From an uncultured Verrucomicrobiae bacterium (GTDB taxonomy: Bacteria > Verrucomicrobiota > Verrucomicrobiia > Chthoniobacterales > Chthoniobacteraceae), in the NCBI GenBank assembly GCA_963836755.1, contig CAWIKF010000002.1:1536001-1600000 (forward strand): 64,000 nt of DNA, in the 5' to 3' direction. The notes beneath the pieces are model-generated. The model saw nothing but the letters and a program-made list of their open reading frames with translations. It was not told the origin of the DNA and made no database searches. Shown piece by piece: positions 43,340 through 53,457 of the stretch; positions within the stretch are counted from its first letter, which is position 1, and each line of letters starts with the position of its first letter. The position numbers and the translations under genes are program-made.

Positions 43340-43592
43340 ACAAAGCGGGCGGCGCGGCCGGCAGTGGCTGCGGCTGGAGCGTTGGCGCAGCAGGAGATGC
43401 TGGAGGTTCCTTCACTACTCGATACGTAGTGGAGCGGTGATCGTCTCGACCGAGGAGCGTGAGATTGTGTTCCCGTGTCGTCCATGGGCCGCTCGCTTTG
43501 TCCGGCGCATAAAGGTCGCGCTTGTTCGAGGTCGTCGTGCAGGCCGCGAATGAAAACACGGTGGCGAGGGCGAGGGAGGAAGCAAATTTCAC
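43338..43592 (-). CDS. Small putative lipoprotein
   Basis: GTG start; [17 protein letters not shown] lipobox; Pro-rich tail. Confidence 0.55.
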   Translation of the reverse strand: MKFASSLALATVFSFAACTTTSNKRDLYAPDKASGPWTTREHNLTLLGRDDHRSTTYRVVKEPPASPAAPTLQPQPLPAAPPAL

Positions 43593-43691
43593 GGCGCTGA
43601 TGGCAGCAAATTCCTCCCGAACTGTCAACGAGGCTCGCGCAGAAAAACTGTTGCTCAAACATTTCCGCTCGCTACTTTCACACCCCTTCGC

Positions 43692-44705
43692 ATGATCATT
43701 GTTACAAAACCAGACGCGACCGAGGCGCAGATCGCTCACATCGTCGATCGCATCAAAGAATGGGGATTAAAGGCGGAAGTCAGCCGCGGCGCCGTGCGCG
43801 TGGTGATCGGCGTGATCGGCCCGGAAGACGTCATCAGCGAAAAACCGCTCGCCGCGATGCCCGGCGTCGAGTCCGTCACGCCCGTGCTGAAACCCTACAA
43901 GCTCGTCGCGCATGAGTTTCGTCAAACGCCTTCGCACGTCAAAGTAGGCGGCGTCACCGTCGGCGCGAACGAGCTCGTCATCATGTCCGGCCCGTGCTCG
44001 GTGGAAACGCGCGATCAAATCATTTCCATCGCGCGCGAAGTCAAAAATGCCGGCGCGAAAATATTGCGCGGCGGCGCATTCAAGCCGCGCACTTCGCCCT
44101 ACGCATTCCAGGGACTCGGCGTCGACGGATTGAAAATGCTCGCCGAGGCGCGCGAAGCCACGGGTTTGCCAGTCATCACCGAGATCATGGATACGAAAGA
44201 TCTCGAGGTGATCGAGAAATACGCGGACTGCCTTCAAATCGGCGCGCGCAACATGCAGAACTTTTCGCTCTTGAAAGAAGTCGGGCGCAGCAAGCTGCCC
44301 GTGATGCTCAAGCGCGGCATGAGCGCGACGATCAAAGATTTGCTGATGAGCGCGGAATACATTTTGAGCGAAGGAAATTTCAACGTGCTCCTTTGCGAGC
44401 GCGGCATCCGCACCTTTGAAACTTTTACGCGCAACACACTCGATCTGAACGCCGTTCCGGTCTTGAAAAGCGAGACGCACCTGCCAGTCGTCGTCGATCC
44501 CACGCACGGCATCGGCCTGCGCGAGCACATCCCGCAAATGGCGCTTGCCGCCGTCGCCGCGGGCGCGGACGCGCTGATGATCGAAGTGCACAACTCGCCG
44601 GAATTTGCGAAAAGCGACGGCGAGCAGGCACTGATGCCCGCTGAATTCAACGACCTCGTCGCGCGCGTGCGTGCGGTTGCGGAAGCCGTCGGGCGGTCGG
44701 TATGA
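43692..44705 (+). CDS. aroF: DAHP synthase, type I-beta, with N-terminal regulatory domain
   Basis: [26 protein letters not shown] and DPTH. Confidence 0.94.
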   Translation: MIIVTKPDATEAQIAHIVDRIKEWGLKAEVSRGAVRVVIGVIGPEDVISEKPLAAMPGVESVTPVLKPYKLVAHEFRQTPSHVKVGGVTVGANELVIMSGPCSVETRDQIISIAREVKNAGAKILRGGAFKPRTSPYAFQGLGVDGLKMLAEAREATGLPVITEIMDTKDLEVIEKYADCLQIGARNMQNFSLLKEVGRSKLPVMLKRGMSATIKDLLMSAEYILSEGNFNVLLCERGIRTFETFTRNTLDLNAVPVLKSETHLPVVVDPTHGIGLREHIPQMALAAVAAGADALMIEVHNSPEFAKSDGEQALMPAEFNDLVARVRAVAEAVGRSV

Positions 44706-44755
44706 AAACAGAGCTTGCCGGGCTCGAACAGGTTGCTGTAAAACGTGGGTTAAAT

Positions 44756-45208
44756 ATGTGGAAAGAATTCAAAGCCTTTGCCATCAAGGGCAACATGATC
44801 GATCTCGCGATCGGTGTCGTGATCGGCGCAGCCTTCGGCAAAGTGGTCGAATCGCTCGTTCGCGACATCATCATGCCGCCGATCAGCCTCCTGACGGGCG
44901 GCATCAATTTCGACAACAAGTTCTTCGTCCTGAAAGCTGCGAAGGATGGCACCACGGTTTTCAACACGCTCGATGCCGCACAGAAAGCCGGTGCGACTAC
45001 GCTCGCTTACGGAAATTTCATCACGCTGCTGATCAATTTTGTCATCATCGCCTTCGCCGTTTTCATGGTCGTCAAAGCGTTAAACAAAATGAAACGCCCC
45101 GAAGCTTCCGCCGCTCCAACGTCGAAGGATTGTCCGTTTTGCCTGATGACGATTCCTGTCAAGGCGACGCGCTGCCCGCATTGCACGTCGGAACTTGCGA
45201 CGGCTTGA
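44756..45208 (+). CDS. mscL: Large-conductance mechanosensitive channel with C-terminal zinc ribbon
   Basis: [29 protein letters not shown]…CPHC tail. Confidence 0.93.
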   Translation: MWKEFKAFAIKGNMIDLAIGVVIGAAFGKVVESLVRDIIMPPISLLTGGINFDNKFFVLKAAKDGTTVFNTLDAAQKAGATTLAYGNFITLLINFVIIAFAVFMVVKALNKMKRPEASAAPTSKDCPFCLMTIPVKATRCPHCTSELATA

Positions 45209-45253
45209 TCAGCGCATTTGCGCTTTCTCCACGCGAGGTAAATTGCCTGCTCC

Positions 45254-47830
45254 ATGCAGGCCGCGATTGAATCCCGAGTCTTTGATTGGTTTGAAGCGCG
45301 CTACGGCCAGCCGACGCCCGCGCAGCGCGACGCATGGCCGAAAATCGCCGGGGGCAAAAATGTTCTCATTGCCTCGCCGACCGGCACTGGCAAAACGTTC
45401 GCGGCTTTTCTCAGCGTGCTCGATGAACTTTCGCGCGCCGAACTGAGCGACGCGATTTACTGCGTTTACGTTTCGCCGCTGCGTGCGCTGGCTTACGACC
45501 TCGAAAAGAATCTGCGCGAGCCGTTGCGGGAAATTTTTGGCGACGAAAAAAGTTCGCCGATTCGCGTCGGCTTGCGCAGCGGAGACACGAGCGGCCACCT
45601 CCGCGCGAAACAATTTTCGCGGCCGCCGCACATTCTGCTGACCACGCCCGAAAGCTTATGCCTGCTGCTGTCGCAGCCGCGCTGGCTGCCGCATTTCGCG
45701 CGCGTGCGCTGGCTCGTCGTGGATGAAATTCACGCGCTCGCGGAAAATAAACGCGGTGCGCATTTGAGTCTCAGTGTCGAGCGGCTCGCAGAATGGTGCG
45801 CGCCAAAAGACATCCAGCGCATCGGCCTTTCCGCGACCGTCGCGCCGCTCGATGAAGTCGGGAAATTTCTCACCGGCACCAATGGCGAATGCGAGATCGT
45901 CGATGTCTCCGCGGCAAAGAAAATCCAGCTGAGCGTGCATACGCCGCTGCGAAGAAATCCGTATCCTGAAGCGGGTTACACGGGCCAGCGGTTGATTCGC
46001 GAACTCGGCCAACTCATTAAAAAAAATCGGACGACGCTCGTTTTCACGAACACGCGATCGGGCGCGGAGGCCGCTACTTTCTGGCTGCGCGAGGTTTTGC
46101 CTGAAATTGCCGAGGAGATCGAATGCCATCACGCGTCGCTCGATCGCGATGTGCGGCTGACGGTTGAGGATCGTTTAAAACGCGGCGAACTTCGCGCGGT
46201 CGTTTGTTCGACCAGCCTTGAGCTCGGCATCGACATCGGATCGATCGATCTCGTTGTCATGCTTTCAACGCCGAAGGGCGTGAGCCGCGCGCTGCAAAGA
46301 ACGGGCCGCAGCGGGCATAATATTCACACGACAAGTCGCGGGATTTTGATGGCAACAAACGTTAACGACCTGGTCGAAGCGTGCGCGACCGTTCTGCTCG
46401 CGCGCGCGCGGCATCTCGACTTCGTGCGACTGCCGGATGCGCCGCTCGACATTCTCGCGCAGCATCTCGTGAGCATGGGTTGCGCTCGTCGCTGGTTGCG
46501 GGACGAAGCTTTCGCGCTTGTCAAACAAGCGTATCCGTATCGCGATTTGCAGCGGGCGGAGTTTGACGACGTGCTCGATTACCTCGCCGGCGGCGGGCAG
46601 GCGCTGCGGCTGCAATATGCCGAGGTCTTTGGAAAAATTGAGCTGGATGACCAAAGTTTCCTGACGCGGCCGGGCGCTGTGCAGCGCGATTTTTTGCAAA
46701 ATGTTGGCGTGATTCCAAACGTTGGCGTCGTGAACGTCCGCTTAAAGAATCGAACGCTTGGGTCGGTCGAGGAAATGTTCATCCGCCAGCTTAAACCGGG
46801 CGATGTCTTCGTGATGGCAGGCCGACCGGTGCGGGTCGAGCGCGTGAGTCAAATGGAGGTTTTTGTGGAGCGTGCCGATCACGCGCTGCCCACGATCCCG
46901 CGGTGGAATGCAAACAAGATGCCGCTTTCCAATAACGTCGCGCGCGAGATCAGCGGTTTTCGCAGCGAGCTGCGGCAGCGACTGGAATCGGCGAAGCCCG
47001 AGAATGAAAAGTGGATTGCGAAGCGACTCGATTGCGGCGCGGCAAATGCAGAGATTATCTGCAAAATGTATGCGGCGCAGCATGCGCTTTCGGAAATTCC
47101 GACGGATGATTTTTTGCTCGTCGAGGAGTTCAATGCGAGCGCGGCGGAGATGGCGTCAAAGTTGCCGGGCTCGAAATTGAGACACGGCCAAATGCGCGAT
47201 GTTTGGTCGGGACCGGCGCGGCATTATTTTTTCCATTCGCTGATCGGCCGCGCGTGCAACGACGCACTCTCGCGCGTGTTCACGGCGCGGCTGAGCAAGC
47301 TGCGCGGCGGCAACGCGATTGCGACGCCGCACGATTATGGTTTTGTGCTGACGGTTGCGCAGGGGCAATTTTTTACGGCGGAGGAAATTCCGATGTTGCT
47401 CTCGGCGGAAAATTTCATCGCGGATTTTCATGCGGCGCTTGCCAATTCCGACATGTTGAAATTTCATTTTCGCAATGCCGCGCAGACCGGCCTGATGGTT
47501 TACCGAAATTTTTTCGCGCAGCGAAAATCGGTGCGCAAACTGCAATGGTCGGCGGAAGTGATTTTTAATGTGCTGCAGCAATACGAGCCCGACCACGTCT
47601 TGATGCGTGCGGCGCGGCGCGACTCGATGCACCACTTTCTCGACGCCGATGGCGCGCTCGATTTTTTGCAGCAAAAAAAGCCGGTGCGGCTGCGGCCGAT
47701 CGATCGCGTGCCGCCGCTTTCCTTCGCGATGTATGCCACGAAAATCAAGGAGGCGCTGCTCGTCGAGGATCCGGCGGAGACGATGGAACGGTTGTTTCAC
47801 ATCTGGTGGAGCGAGCTGGAAAATGGATAG
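45254..47830 (+). CDS. lhr: Lhr-family SF2 helicase (Lhr-core)
   Basis: SPTGTGKT, SPLRALAYD, TTPESL, DEIH, LELGID and QRTGRSGH. Confidence 0.92.
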   Translation: MQAAIESRVFDWFEARYGQPTPAQRDAWPKIAGGKNVLIASPTGTGKTFAAFLSVLDELSRAELSDAIYCVYVSPLRALAYDLEKNLREPLREIFGDEKSSPIRVGLRSGDTSGHLRAKQFSRPPHILLTTPESLCLLLSQPRWLPHFARVRWLVVDEIHALAENKRGAHLSLSVERLAEWCAPKDIQRIGLSATVAPLDEVGKFLTGTNGECEIVDVSAAKKIQLSVHTPLRRNPYPEAGYTGQRLIRELGQLIKKNRTTLVFTNTRSGAEAATFWLREVLPEIAEEIECHHASLDRDVRLTVEDRLKRGELRAVVCSTSLELGIDIGSIDLVVMLSTPKGVSRALQRTGRSGHNIHTTSRGILMATNVNDLVEACATVLLARARHLDFVRLPDAPLDILAQHLVSMGCARRWLRDEAFALVKQAYPYRDLQRAEFDDVLDYLAGGGQALRLQYAEVFGKIELDDQSFLTRPGAVQRDFLQNVGVIPNVGVVNVRLKNRTLGSVEEMFIRQLKPGDVFVMAGRPVRVERVSQMEVFVERADHALPTIPRWNANKMPLSNNVAREISGFRSELRQRLESAKPENEKWIAKRLDCGAANAEIICKMYAAQHALSEIPTDDFLLVEEFNASAAEMASKLPGSKLRHGQMRDVWSGPARHYFFHSLIGRACNDALSRVFTARLSKLRGGNAIATPHDYGFVLTVAQGQFFTAEEIPMLLSAENFIADFHAALANSDMLKFHFRNAAQTGLMVYRNFFAQRKSVRKLQWSAEVIFNVLQQYEPDHVLMRAARRDSMHHFLDADGALDFLQQKKPVRLRPIDRVPPLSFAMYATKIKEALLVEDPAETMERLFHIWWSELENG

Positions 47831-48557
47831 GTCGCGGCTCGAGATCGCGCCGGAGATTTGCCTCGATGCGCGGCGCGCGGTTTTTTTGCGCGAAACGCGG
47901 ACGTTGATCGTCGCGGATTTGCACCTGGGCTATGCGTGGGCGCACCGGCACGGCGGACAATTGCTGCCAATTTCCGCGCGCGAGGATTCGCTGGCGCGGT
48001 TGATGGAAATGGTCGCGGATTACGCGCCGCGCGAACTGGTTTTGCTCGGGGACATTGTGCATCGCGCGGTGCCGGTCGCCGCGTTGAAAGAGGAGTTGTG
48101 CGGCATTTTTCACGCGTTAAACAATCAGCTTCAACTCGTATTGATCGCGGGGAATCACGATCGGAATCTCGCGCGCCTGCTCGACGAATGCGGATTGCCC
48201 GCGAACGTGAGAACGGAGTTTCAGTCGGGCAAAAATTTGCTCGTCCATGGCGATGCGCGCCTCAATGTTTGCAGCCGCCGTGCGGAGATCAATGCGAACG
48301 GCGGGCGCGTTTTCATCGGCCACGAGCATCCCGCGATCACGCTTTCCGGAGGCGTCGGCACGAGCGCGAAGTGTCCCTGTTTTTTAATCAGTCCCGAAGT
48401 CATCGTGCTGCCTGCGTTCTCGCGCTGGGCCGCGGGAACCAATGTTCAGAGCCATCCGCGCATGTCGCCATGGGCGGCGGGCATCGTCTTTTCACACGCC
48501 GTCGCGGCCGTGGGTGGAAAGTTGCTCTCGGTTCCGCTGCACGCGCCCTGCGGCTGA
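47823..48557 (+). CDS. Lhr-associated metallophosphoesterase (MPE/PdeM-like)
   Basis: ADLHLG, GDIVH, GNHD, HGD, GHEHP and LPAFS. Confidence 0.88.
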   Translation: MDRSRLEIAPEICLDARRAVFLRETRTLIVADLHLGYAWAHRHGGQLLPISAREDSLARLMEMVADYAPRELVLLGDIVHRAVPVAALKEELCGIFHALNNQLQLVLIAGNHDRNLARLLDECGLPANVRTEFQSGKNLLVHGDARLNVCSRRAEINANGGRVFIGHEHPAITLSGGVGTSAKCPCFLISPEVIVLPAFSRWAAGTNVQSHPRMSPWAAGIVFSHAVAAVGGKLLSVPLHAPCG

Positions 48558-48574
48558 GTTGCGAATATAATGTG

Positions 48575-49078
48575 ATGCCCACCAAAAAGGTCGCACCGTC
48601 CGAGCGAGCAGACGAAAAGCAGGGTCTGCGTTGCAAATTGCGCGAAGGGTTTCGCATCTTTTCAAGCACGACCTCGCGGCTCGTCGGCACAGCATGGGCT
48701 TTCGCGGCCGCGATCCTCATCATTGTCGTCTGGGGTTTGAGCGGCCCCGCATTTCACTATTCGGACACGTGGCAACTCGTCATCAACACCGGCACGACCA
48801 TTGTCACGTTCCTTATGGTGTTTCTCATTCAGAACACGCAGAACCGTGATGCAAAGGCGATTCATCTGAAGCTCGATGAGTTGATCCATGCGATGAAAGG
48901 CGCGCGCAATGAGTTGGTGGATCTGGAAAAACTTTCGGACGACGATTTGAAGAAACTCGAGGATCAGTTCGAGGCGATCCACGACCGCGCGAACGGGCAT
49001 CAGTCGAAGCGCGCTGAAGCGGCTGAAAACATGACGAAGAAGATCAGCTCGAAGCTGAAGGAGCGCTCCGGCGACTAA
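48575..49078 (+). CDS. Low-affinity iron permease (Fet4-like) family protein
   Basis: [30 protein letters not shown]…KLDELI. Confidence 0.88.
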   Translation: MPTKKVAPSERADEKQGLRCKLREGFRIFSSTTSRLVGTAWAFAAAILIIVVWGLSGPAFHYSDTWQLVINTGTTIVTFLMVFLIQNTQNRDAKAIHLKLDELIHAMKGARNELVDLEKLSDDDLKKLEDQFEAIHDRANGHQSKRAEAAENMTKKISSKLKERSGD

Positions 49079-49857
49079 GCTGACAAAAGGCGGACCGGCA
49101 CATCGCGCTCGGCGAGGAACTTTTTCACATCGTCCACAGTGAACTCGCCGAAGTGAAAAATACTTGCAGCTAGCACGGCGTCGGCCTTGCCGAGCTGCAG
49201 CACCTCGGCAAGATGCTCGAGTCGACCCGCGCCGCCGCTCGCGACCACTGGCACGCCGACCGATTCGCTGACTTGCCGCGTGATTTCGATGTCGAATCCG
49301 GCTTTCGTTCCATCGGCGTCGATGCTGTTGAGCACGATCTCGCCGGCACCGAGTTTTTCGGCCTTTTGTGCCCAAGCGACAGCCTCGAGGCCGGTGGACT
49401 TGCGTCCGCCGTGGGAAAAAACTTCCCATCGGTTTGGCGCGACTTTTTTGCAATCGATTGACACGACGATGCATTGACTGCCGAAGCGCGCGGCTCCGCG
49501 CGTGATCAGTTCCGGCGTCGCGAGCGCGCTTGAGTTGATGCTCGTTTTATCCGCGCCGGCCTTCAGCATCACGCTCATGTCCTCGACTGTGCGGATGCCT
49601 CCGCCGACGGTCAGCGGCATGAAACATTGATCCGCTGTCCGCTCGATCACCTCGATCATCGAGGCGCGGCCGTGCGCAGTCGCCGTGATGTCGAAAAACA
49701 CCATTTCGTCCGCTCCCTGCCGGTCGTAGCGCAACGCCAGCTCCACCGGATCGCCGACGTTTCGTAGCTCACCCGCCTCCGCTTTGCCAAATTGGACGCC
49801 GCGGGTGACCTGGCCGTTGTGGACGTCGAGGCAGGGGATGACACGTTTGATCAACAT
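49075..49857 (-). CDS. hisF: Imidazole glycerol phosphate synthase cyclase subunit
   Basis: [22 protein letters not shown] and AASIFH. Confidence 0.96.
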   Translation of the reverse strand: MLIKRVIPCLDVHNGQVTRGVQFGKAEAGELRNVGDPVELALRYDRQGADEMVFFDITATAHGRASMIEVIERTADQCFMPLTVGGGIRTVEDMSVMLKAGADKTSINSSALATPELITRGAARFGSQCIVVSIDCKKVAPNRWEVFSHGGRKSTGLEAVAWAQKAEKLGAGEIVLNSIDADGTKAGFDIEITRQVSESVGVPVVASGGAGRLEHLAEVLQLGKADAVLAASIFHFGEFTVDDVKKFLAERDVPVRLLSA

Positions 49858-50010
49858 AACCGTTTTGTGCGCAAAAATTTGTGATTCTGAGAAATTTGCC
49901 CGCAGATCAAGGCTTTACGCCGAATGATGAAAAATTTGGTTGACTAGTGACCGCGAGTTTCCAATATCGCGACTTTTTACGGGCGATCACAACCTTCGTT
50001 TTAACGAAAT

Positions 50011-51294
50011 ATGGGCAAGACCAATTCACCAAAGACCAGCAAAGCCGACAACGGCGAGCTAGACAACGGCAAACCCGCGGCCGGCAAGGCTGCAGGCACC
50101 AAAGCAAAACGCGCCGGCGCGTTCAGCATCGGCAAGGAGCCCATCTCCGGTCCGACCGAAGAGAACGTCCACAAATACGAGGCCACCCGCGAGCCCGCGC
50201 CCACTCCGGCGTTTGAAAACTTGGGCGAGCTCCCAAAGACCTACGGAACCTCCACCGTTTACCTCGTCGCGCGCGATCCGCACTGGCTCTTTTCGTATTG
50301 GGACATTGATGCGGCCGCCTTTCCTGCCGCCACCTGGTTCTTAAAAATCAGCACGGGCGACGGCGCCGACGAATCGTCCATCGAGATCAATCTCGAGGCG
50401 AGAAACTGGTATATTCCCGTCTCCAAACCCGGCACCGCCTACCGCGCCGAGATCGGTTTTTTCAAAGGCGACACATGGAATCCTGTGGCGAAGTCCGACC
50501 TCGCCACCGCTCCCGCCGACAAGCTCGCCGAGGAAACGCAGGCGACGTTCGCGACCGTTCCGCTCCATCTCACATTTCAGCGCCTGCTGGAAATGGTCCG
50601 CAGCAGCATGCAGAAGGGCGAAACCCTCGTTCAGGCGCTCGCTCGGCTTCAGGGTGAAGGCAGGCGCGCCGCCTTTGGCAGCAGCAGCGCCGGGTGGAGC
50701 GACGAGCAGCGGCAGGTTCTTGCTGCCCTCTTCGGCAAAGAGCTCGTCGACCGCATCGGCATGAGCTCTGGAGAAATCGACCAAGTGCTTCGCAAGGAGC
50801 TCCTGGAAAATCTCAACACCGAAAGCGCCAGCGGCCTCGTCAGCAAATCGCGCCTCATCGAACTGGCCGCTCCCGGCGAAAGCAGCCTCTTCAGCGGCAT
50901 CTTCGGCAAGCTCGCCGAGACTGCGTGGGGCTCCGAAGTCAGCAGTTGGTTCAGCGCCCTCGGCGCGAGCTGGAGCGCCCAGCCATTCAGCCAGGAAAAG
51001 CCGCGCGAATTCTTCATGCACGTCAACGCCGAAGTCATCTTCTACGGCGGCACGCACCCCGACGCGCAAGTTTGGATCGACGGCAAAAAAATCGCGCTCA
51101 GCCCCGACGGCTCGTTCCGTTACCACTTCAAATTCCCCGACGGCGATTATCAAATCCCGATCGTTGCGAAATCGCCCGACGGCGTCGAGGAACGCTCCGC
51201 GTCGCTCGGCTTTCAACGCGCCACGGCGCGCAAAGGCGAAGTCGGCCACACCGAGCAGCCCGCGCACCTCGGGCACCCGATGGGGCAAAAGTAG
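50011..51294 (+). CDS. DUF4912-domain protein
   Basis: ELPKTYG…LVARDPHWLFSYWD; C-terminal VNAEVIFYGGTHPDA…DGSFRYHFKFPDG. Confidence 0.8.
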   Translation: MGKTNSPKTSKADNGELDNGKPAAGKAAGTKAKRAGAFSIGKEPISGPTEENVHKYEATREPAPTPAFENLGELPKTYGTSTVYLVARDPHWLFSYWDIDAAAFPAATWFLKISTGDGADESSIEINLEARNWYIPVSKPGTAYRAEIGFFKGDTWNPVAKSDLATAPADKLAEETQATFATVPLHLTFQRLLEMVRSSMQKGETLVQALARLQGEGRRAAFGSSSAGWSDEQRQVLAALFGKELVDRIGMSSGEIDQVLRKELLENLNTESASGLVSKSRLIELAAPGESSLFSGIFGKLAETAWGSEVSSWFSALGASWSAQPFSQEKPREFFMHVNAEVIFYGGTHPDAQVWIDGKKIALSPDGSFRYHFKFPDGDYQIPIVAKSPDGVEERSASLGFQRATARKGEVGHTEQPAHLGHPMGQK

Positions 51295-51420
51295 GCCTCC
51301 TTTTCGCTTCGTATCAGGCCAAAGGCGGGAAGAGCCCGGAGGCCGGCAAAAAGAGCAGCATCGGCCGCGCAACGACGAGGTCGGACCTCAATTTACACTA
51401 GTGAGCTCGCGAAAATCGGA

Positions 51421-51630
51421 GGATTTTTGCCACCAAGCCTGGGATTTTCGCCGTCCAACGTGGGATTTTTGTCGCCAATCCTAGGATTCTCGGCTCCAAG
51501 CGTAGGATTTTCGCCTCCAATCCTAGGATTTTTCCAATCCATCCTAGGATTTTTGTCGCCAATCCTAGGATTTTTCCAATCCAGCGTAGGATTATTGACG
51601 CCAGTCCTGGGATTTTGCCATCTGCGCGGG
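51421..51630. repeat. Tandem array of 10 x 21-bp units, consensus ~GGATTTTTGTCGCCAATCCTA
   Basis: GGATT every 21 bp from 51421; several junctions form the palindrome (A)ATCCTAGGAT(T). Confidence 0.93.
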
Positions 51631-51717
51631 AGTTTTTACTGTTCCAGCGGAACGCACGCGCGCTAAAACTAGGCGCTAGACAAAGAAATCAACATTCAGA
51701 ATCACTGAACTGCAGCC

Positions 51718-52029
51718 ATGACCAGTGCCACCCAACGAAAAATTCTTCGCGTCGTTCACCTTGTCCTAAGCATCCCAGCGCTCGGCTATATTTACGGCAA
51801 GCCTGCGGAGATGGCGCAATACGCGGACGCGGTGCGCTTCGTTTTCGTGCCGATCATCATTCTTTCCGGCTTTTGGATGTATGCCGGCATCGTCTTCGCC
51901 CTGCTGGGCGTGGCGCTGTGGCTCGGTGGTTATTACTTTTTCGGCGTGGGCACGGCGATTCTTTGCCAGGTGGCGCTCTTCATCGCCCGGCAGATTTGGC
52001 TCGCGGTCCGTGCGCGCCGCGCGACGTGA
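51718..52029 (+). CDS. Small membrane protein
   Basis: RKILRVVHLVLSIP…; several TM segments. Confidence 0.7.
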   Translation: MTSATQRKILRVVHLVLSIPALGYIYGKPAEMAQYADAVRFVFVPIIILSGFWMYAGIVFALLGVALWLGGYYFFGVGTAILCQVALFIARQIWLAVRARRAT

Positions 52030-52096
52030 TTTTTTCCAAGGCCCTCGCGGGAAATTTCGATTCACACCATCGCGTCGGCGCAGGCATAGTCGGCGC

Positions 52097-53440
52097 GTGC
52101 TGAATTACATCTGGCTCGGATTCATGCTCGCTGCCGTGCTGATCGGCGGCTTCACCGGCCGGATGAAGGAGCTCACGGATGCGACTTTTGATTCGTCGAA
52201 AACGGCGGTCACTCTCGCGATCGGGCTCGTCGGCATGATGGCGCTCTGGCTTGGAATCATGCGGCTCGCGGAGCGATCGGGGCTCATCAGGATCATCGCG
52301 GCGGCGCTGCGTCCGCTGACGCGATTGCTCTTTCCCGATGTGCCCCCGGAGCACCCGGCGAACGGCGCGATCGTGATGACGATTGCGGCGAATATGCTCG
52401 GTCTCTCAAATGCTGCGACGCCACTCGGCCTGCGCGCGATGGGCTATCTCGAGGCGCTCAACCCGCGACCCGGCACGGCGACGAACGCGATGTGCACCTT
52501 CCTCGCGATCAGCACCAGCTCGGTGCAATTAATCCCGGCGACCGCGGTGGCCATTCTCGCTTCGGCAGGTTCGGCTAATCCGACGGCGATCATCGGCACG
52601 GCGCTGATCGCGACGAGCTGCGCCGCACTTGCGGGCGTGGTCTCGGTGAAATGGCTGGAAAAATTACCGATGTTTCGTCTGTCAAACATTCCGGAGACAG
52701 ACGCCAACGTCCGCGAAAAAGTTCTTTCGGATCAAAGTGCGTTCACCGAGCCAGAGCCGATGGAAGTAGTCGCGCCGTTGACGAACGCCGGCAAAGTCGC
52801 GCTGCTTTTTTTTCTCGCGATTTTCGCGACTTGGTTCGCGCTCGATGCCTTTTTTCCCGGTGCATGGGGACGCCCGGTTCAGCCTGGCGCGGCGGATCAA
52901 AGTGCATTCGGCCGCGTGGTCGGCACGGTGTCGCTGATGGCGATTCCGTTTTTGCTCACGTTCTTTCCGCTCTACGCCGCGCTGCGGCGCGTCAAAGTTT
53001 ATGAAGAATTCACGAGCGGCGCGAAGGAAGGTTTTGAAGTTGCCGTGCGAATCATTCCATTCCTCGTCGCAATCCTCGTCGCCGTCGGGATGTTTCGCGC
53101 GGCGGGCGGGATTGACCTCGTCGCGCGCGCGCTTTCGCCCGTGCTCGGCCTTGTCGCGTTTCCGACCGATCTGCTGCCGATCGTGCTGGTGCGGCCATTG
53201 AGCGGGAGCGCGACGACTGGATTGTTTGCGGAGCTGGTGAAGGCGCATGGGCCGGACAGCCTCATCGCACGCACCGCGGGGACGATTCTCGGAAGCACCG
53301 AAACAACGTTTTATGTGCTCGCCGTTTACTTCGGCTCCGTCGCGATCCGTCGGACACGGCACGCGGTTTTGGCGGGGCTGACGGCGGACTTTACCGGCGT
53401 GGTTGTGTCGCTGATCGTCTGCCGATGGATGTTTAAATAA
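52097..53440 (+). CDS. SpmA/SpmB-like nucleoside-recognition (gate) membrane protein, fused
   Basis: LWLGIMRLAE, ANMLGLSNAATPLG, RPLSGS and GSTETTFYVLAVYFG. Confidence 0.88.
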   Translation: MLNYIWLGFMLAAVLIGGFTGRMKELTDATFDSSKTAVTLAIGLVGMMALWLGIMRLAERSGLIRIIAAALRPLTRLLFPDVPPEHPANGAIVMTIAANMLGLSNAATPLGLRAMGYLEALNPRPGTATNAMCTFLAISTSSVQLIPATAVAILASAGSANPTAIIGTALIATSCAALAGVVSVKWLEKLPMFRLSNIPETDANVREKVLSDQSAFTEPEPMEVVAPLTNAGKVALLFFLAIFATWFALDAFFPGAWGRPVQPGAADQSAFGRVVGTVSLMAIPFLLTFFPLYAALRRVKVYEEFTSGAKEGFEVAVRIIPFLVAILVAVGMFRAAGGIDLVARALSPVLGLVAFPTDLLPIVLVRPLSGSATTGLFAELVKAHGPDSLIARTAGTILGSTETTFYVLAVYFGSVAIRRTRHAVLAGLTADFTGVVVSLIVCRWMFK

Positions 53441-53457
53441 GCGGCGACGGCTCGAAG

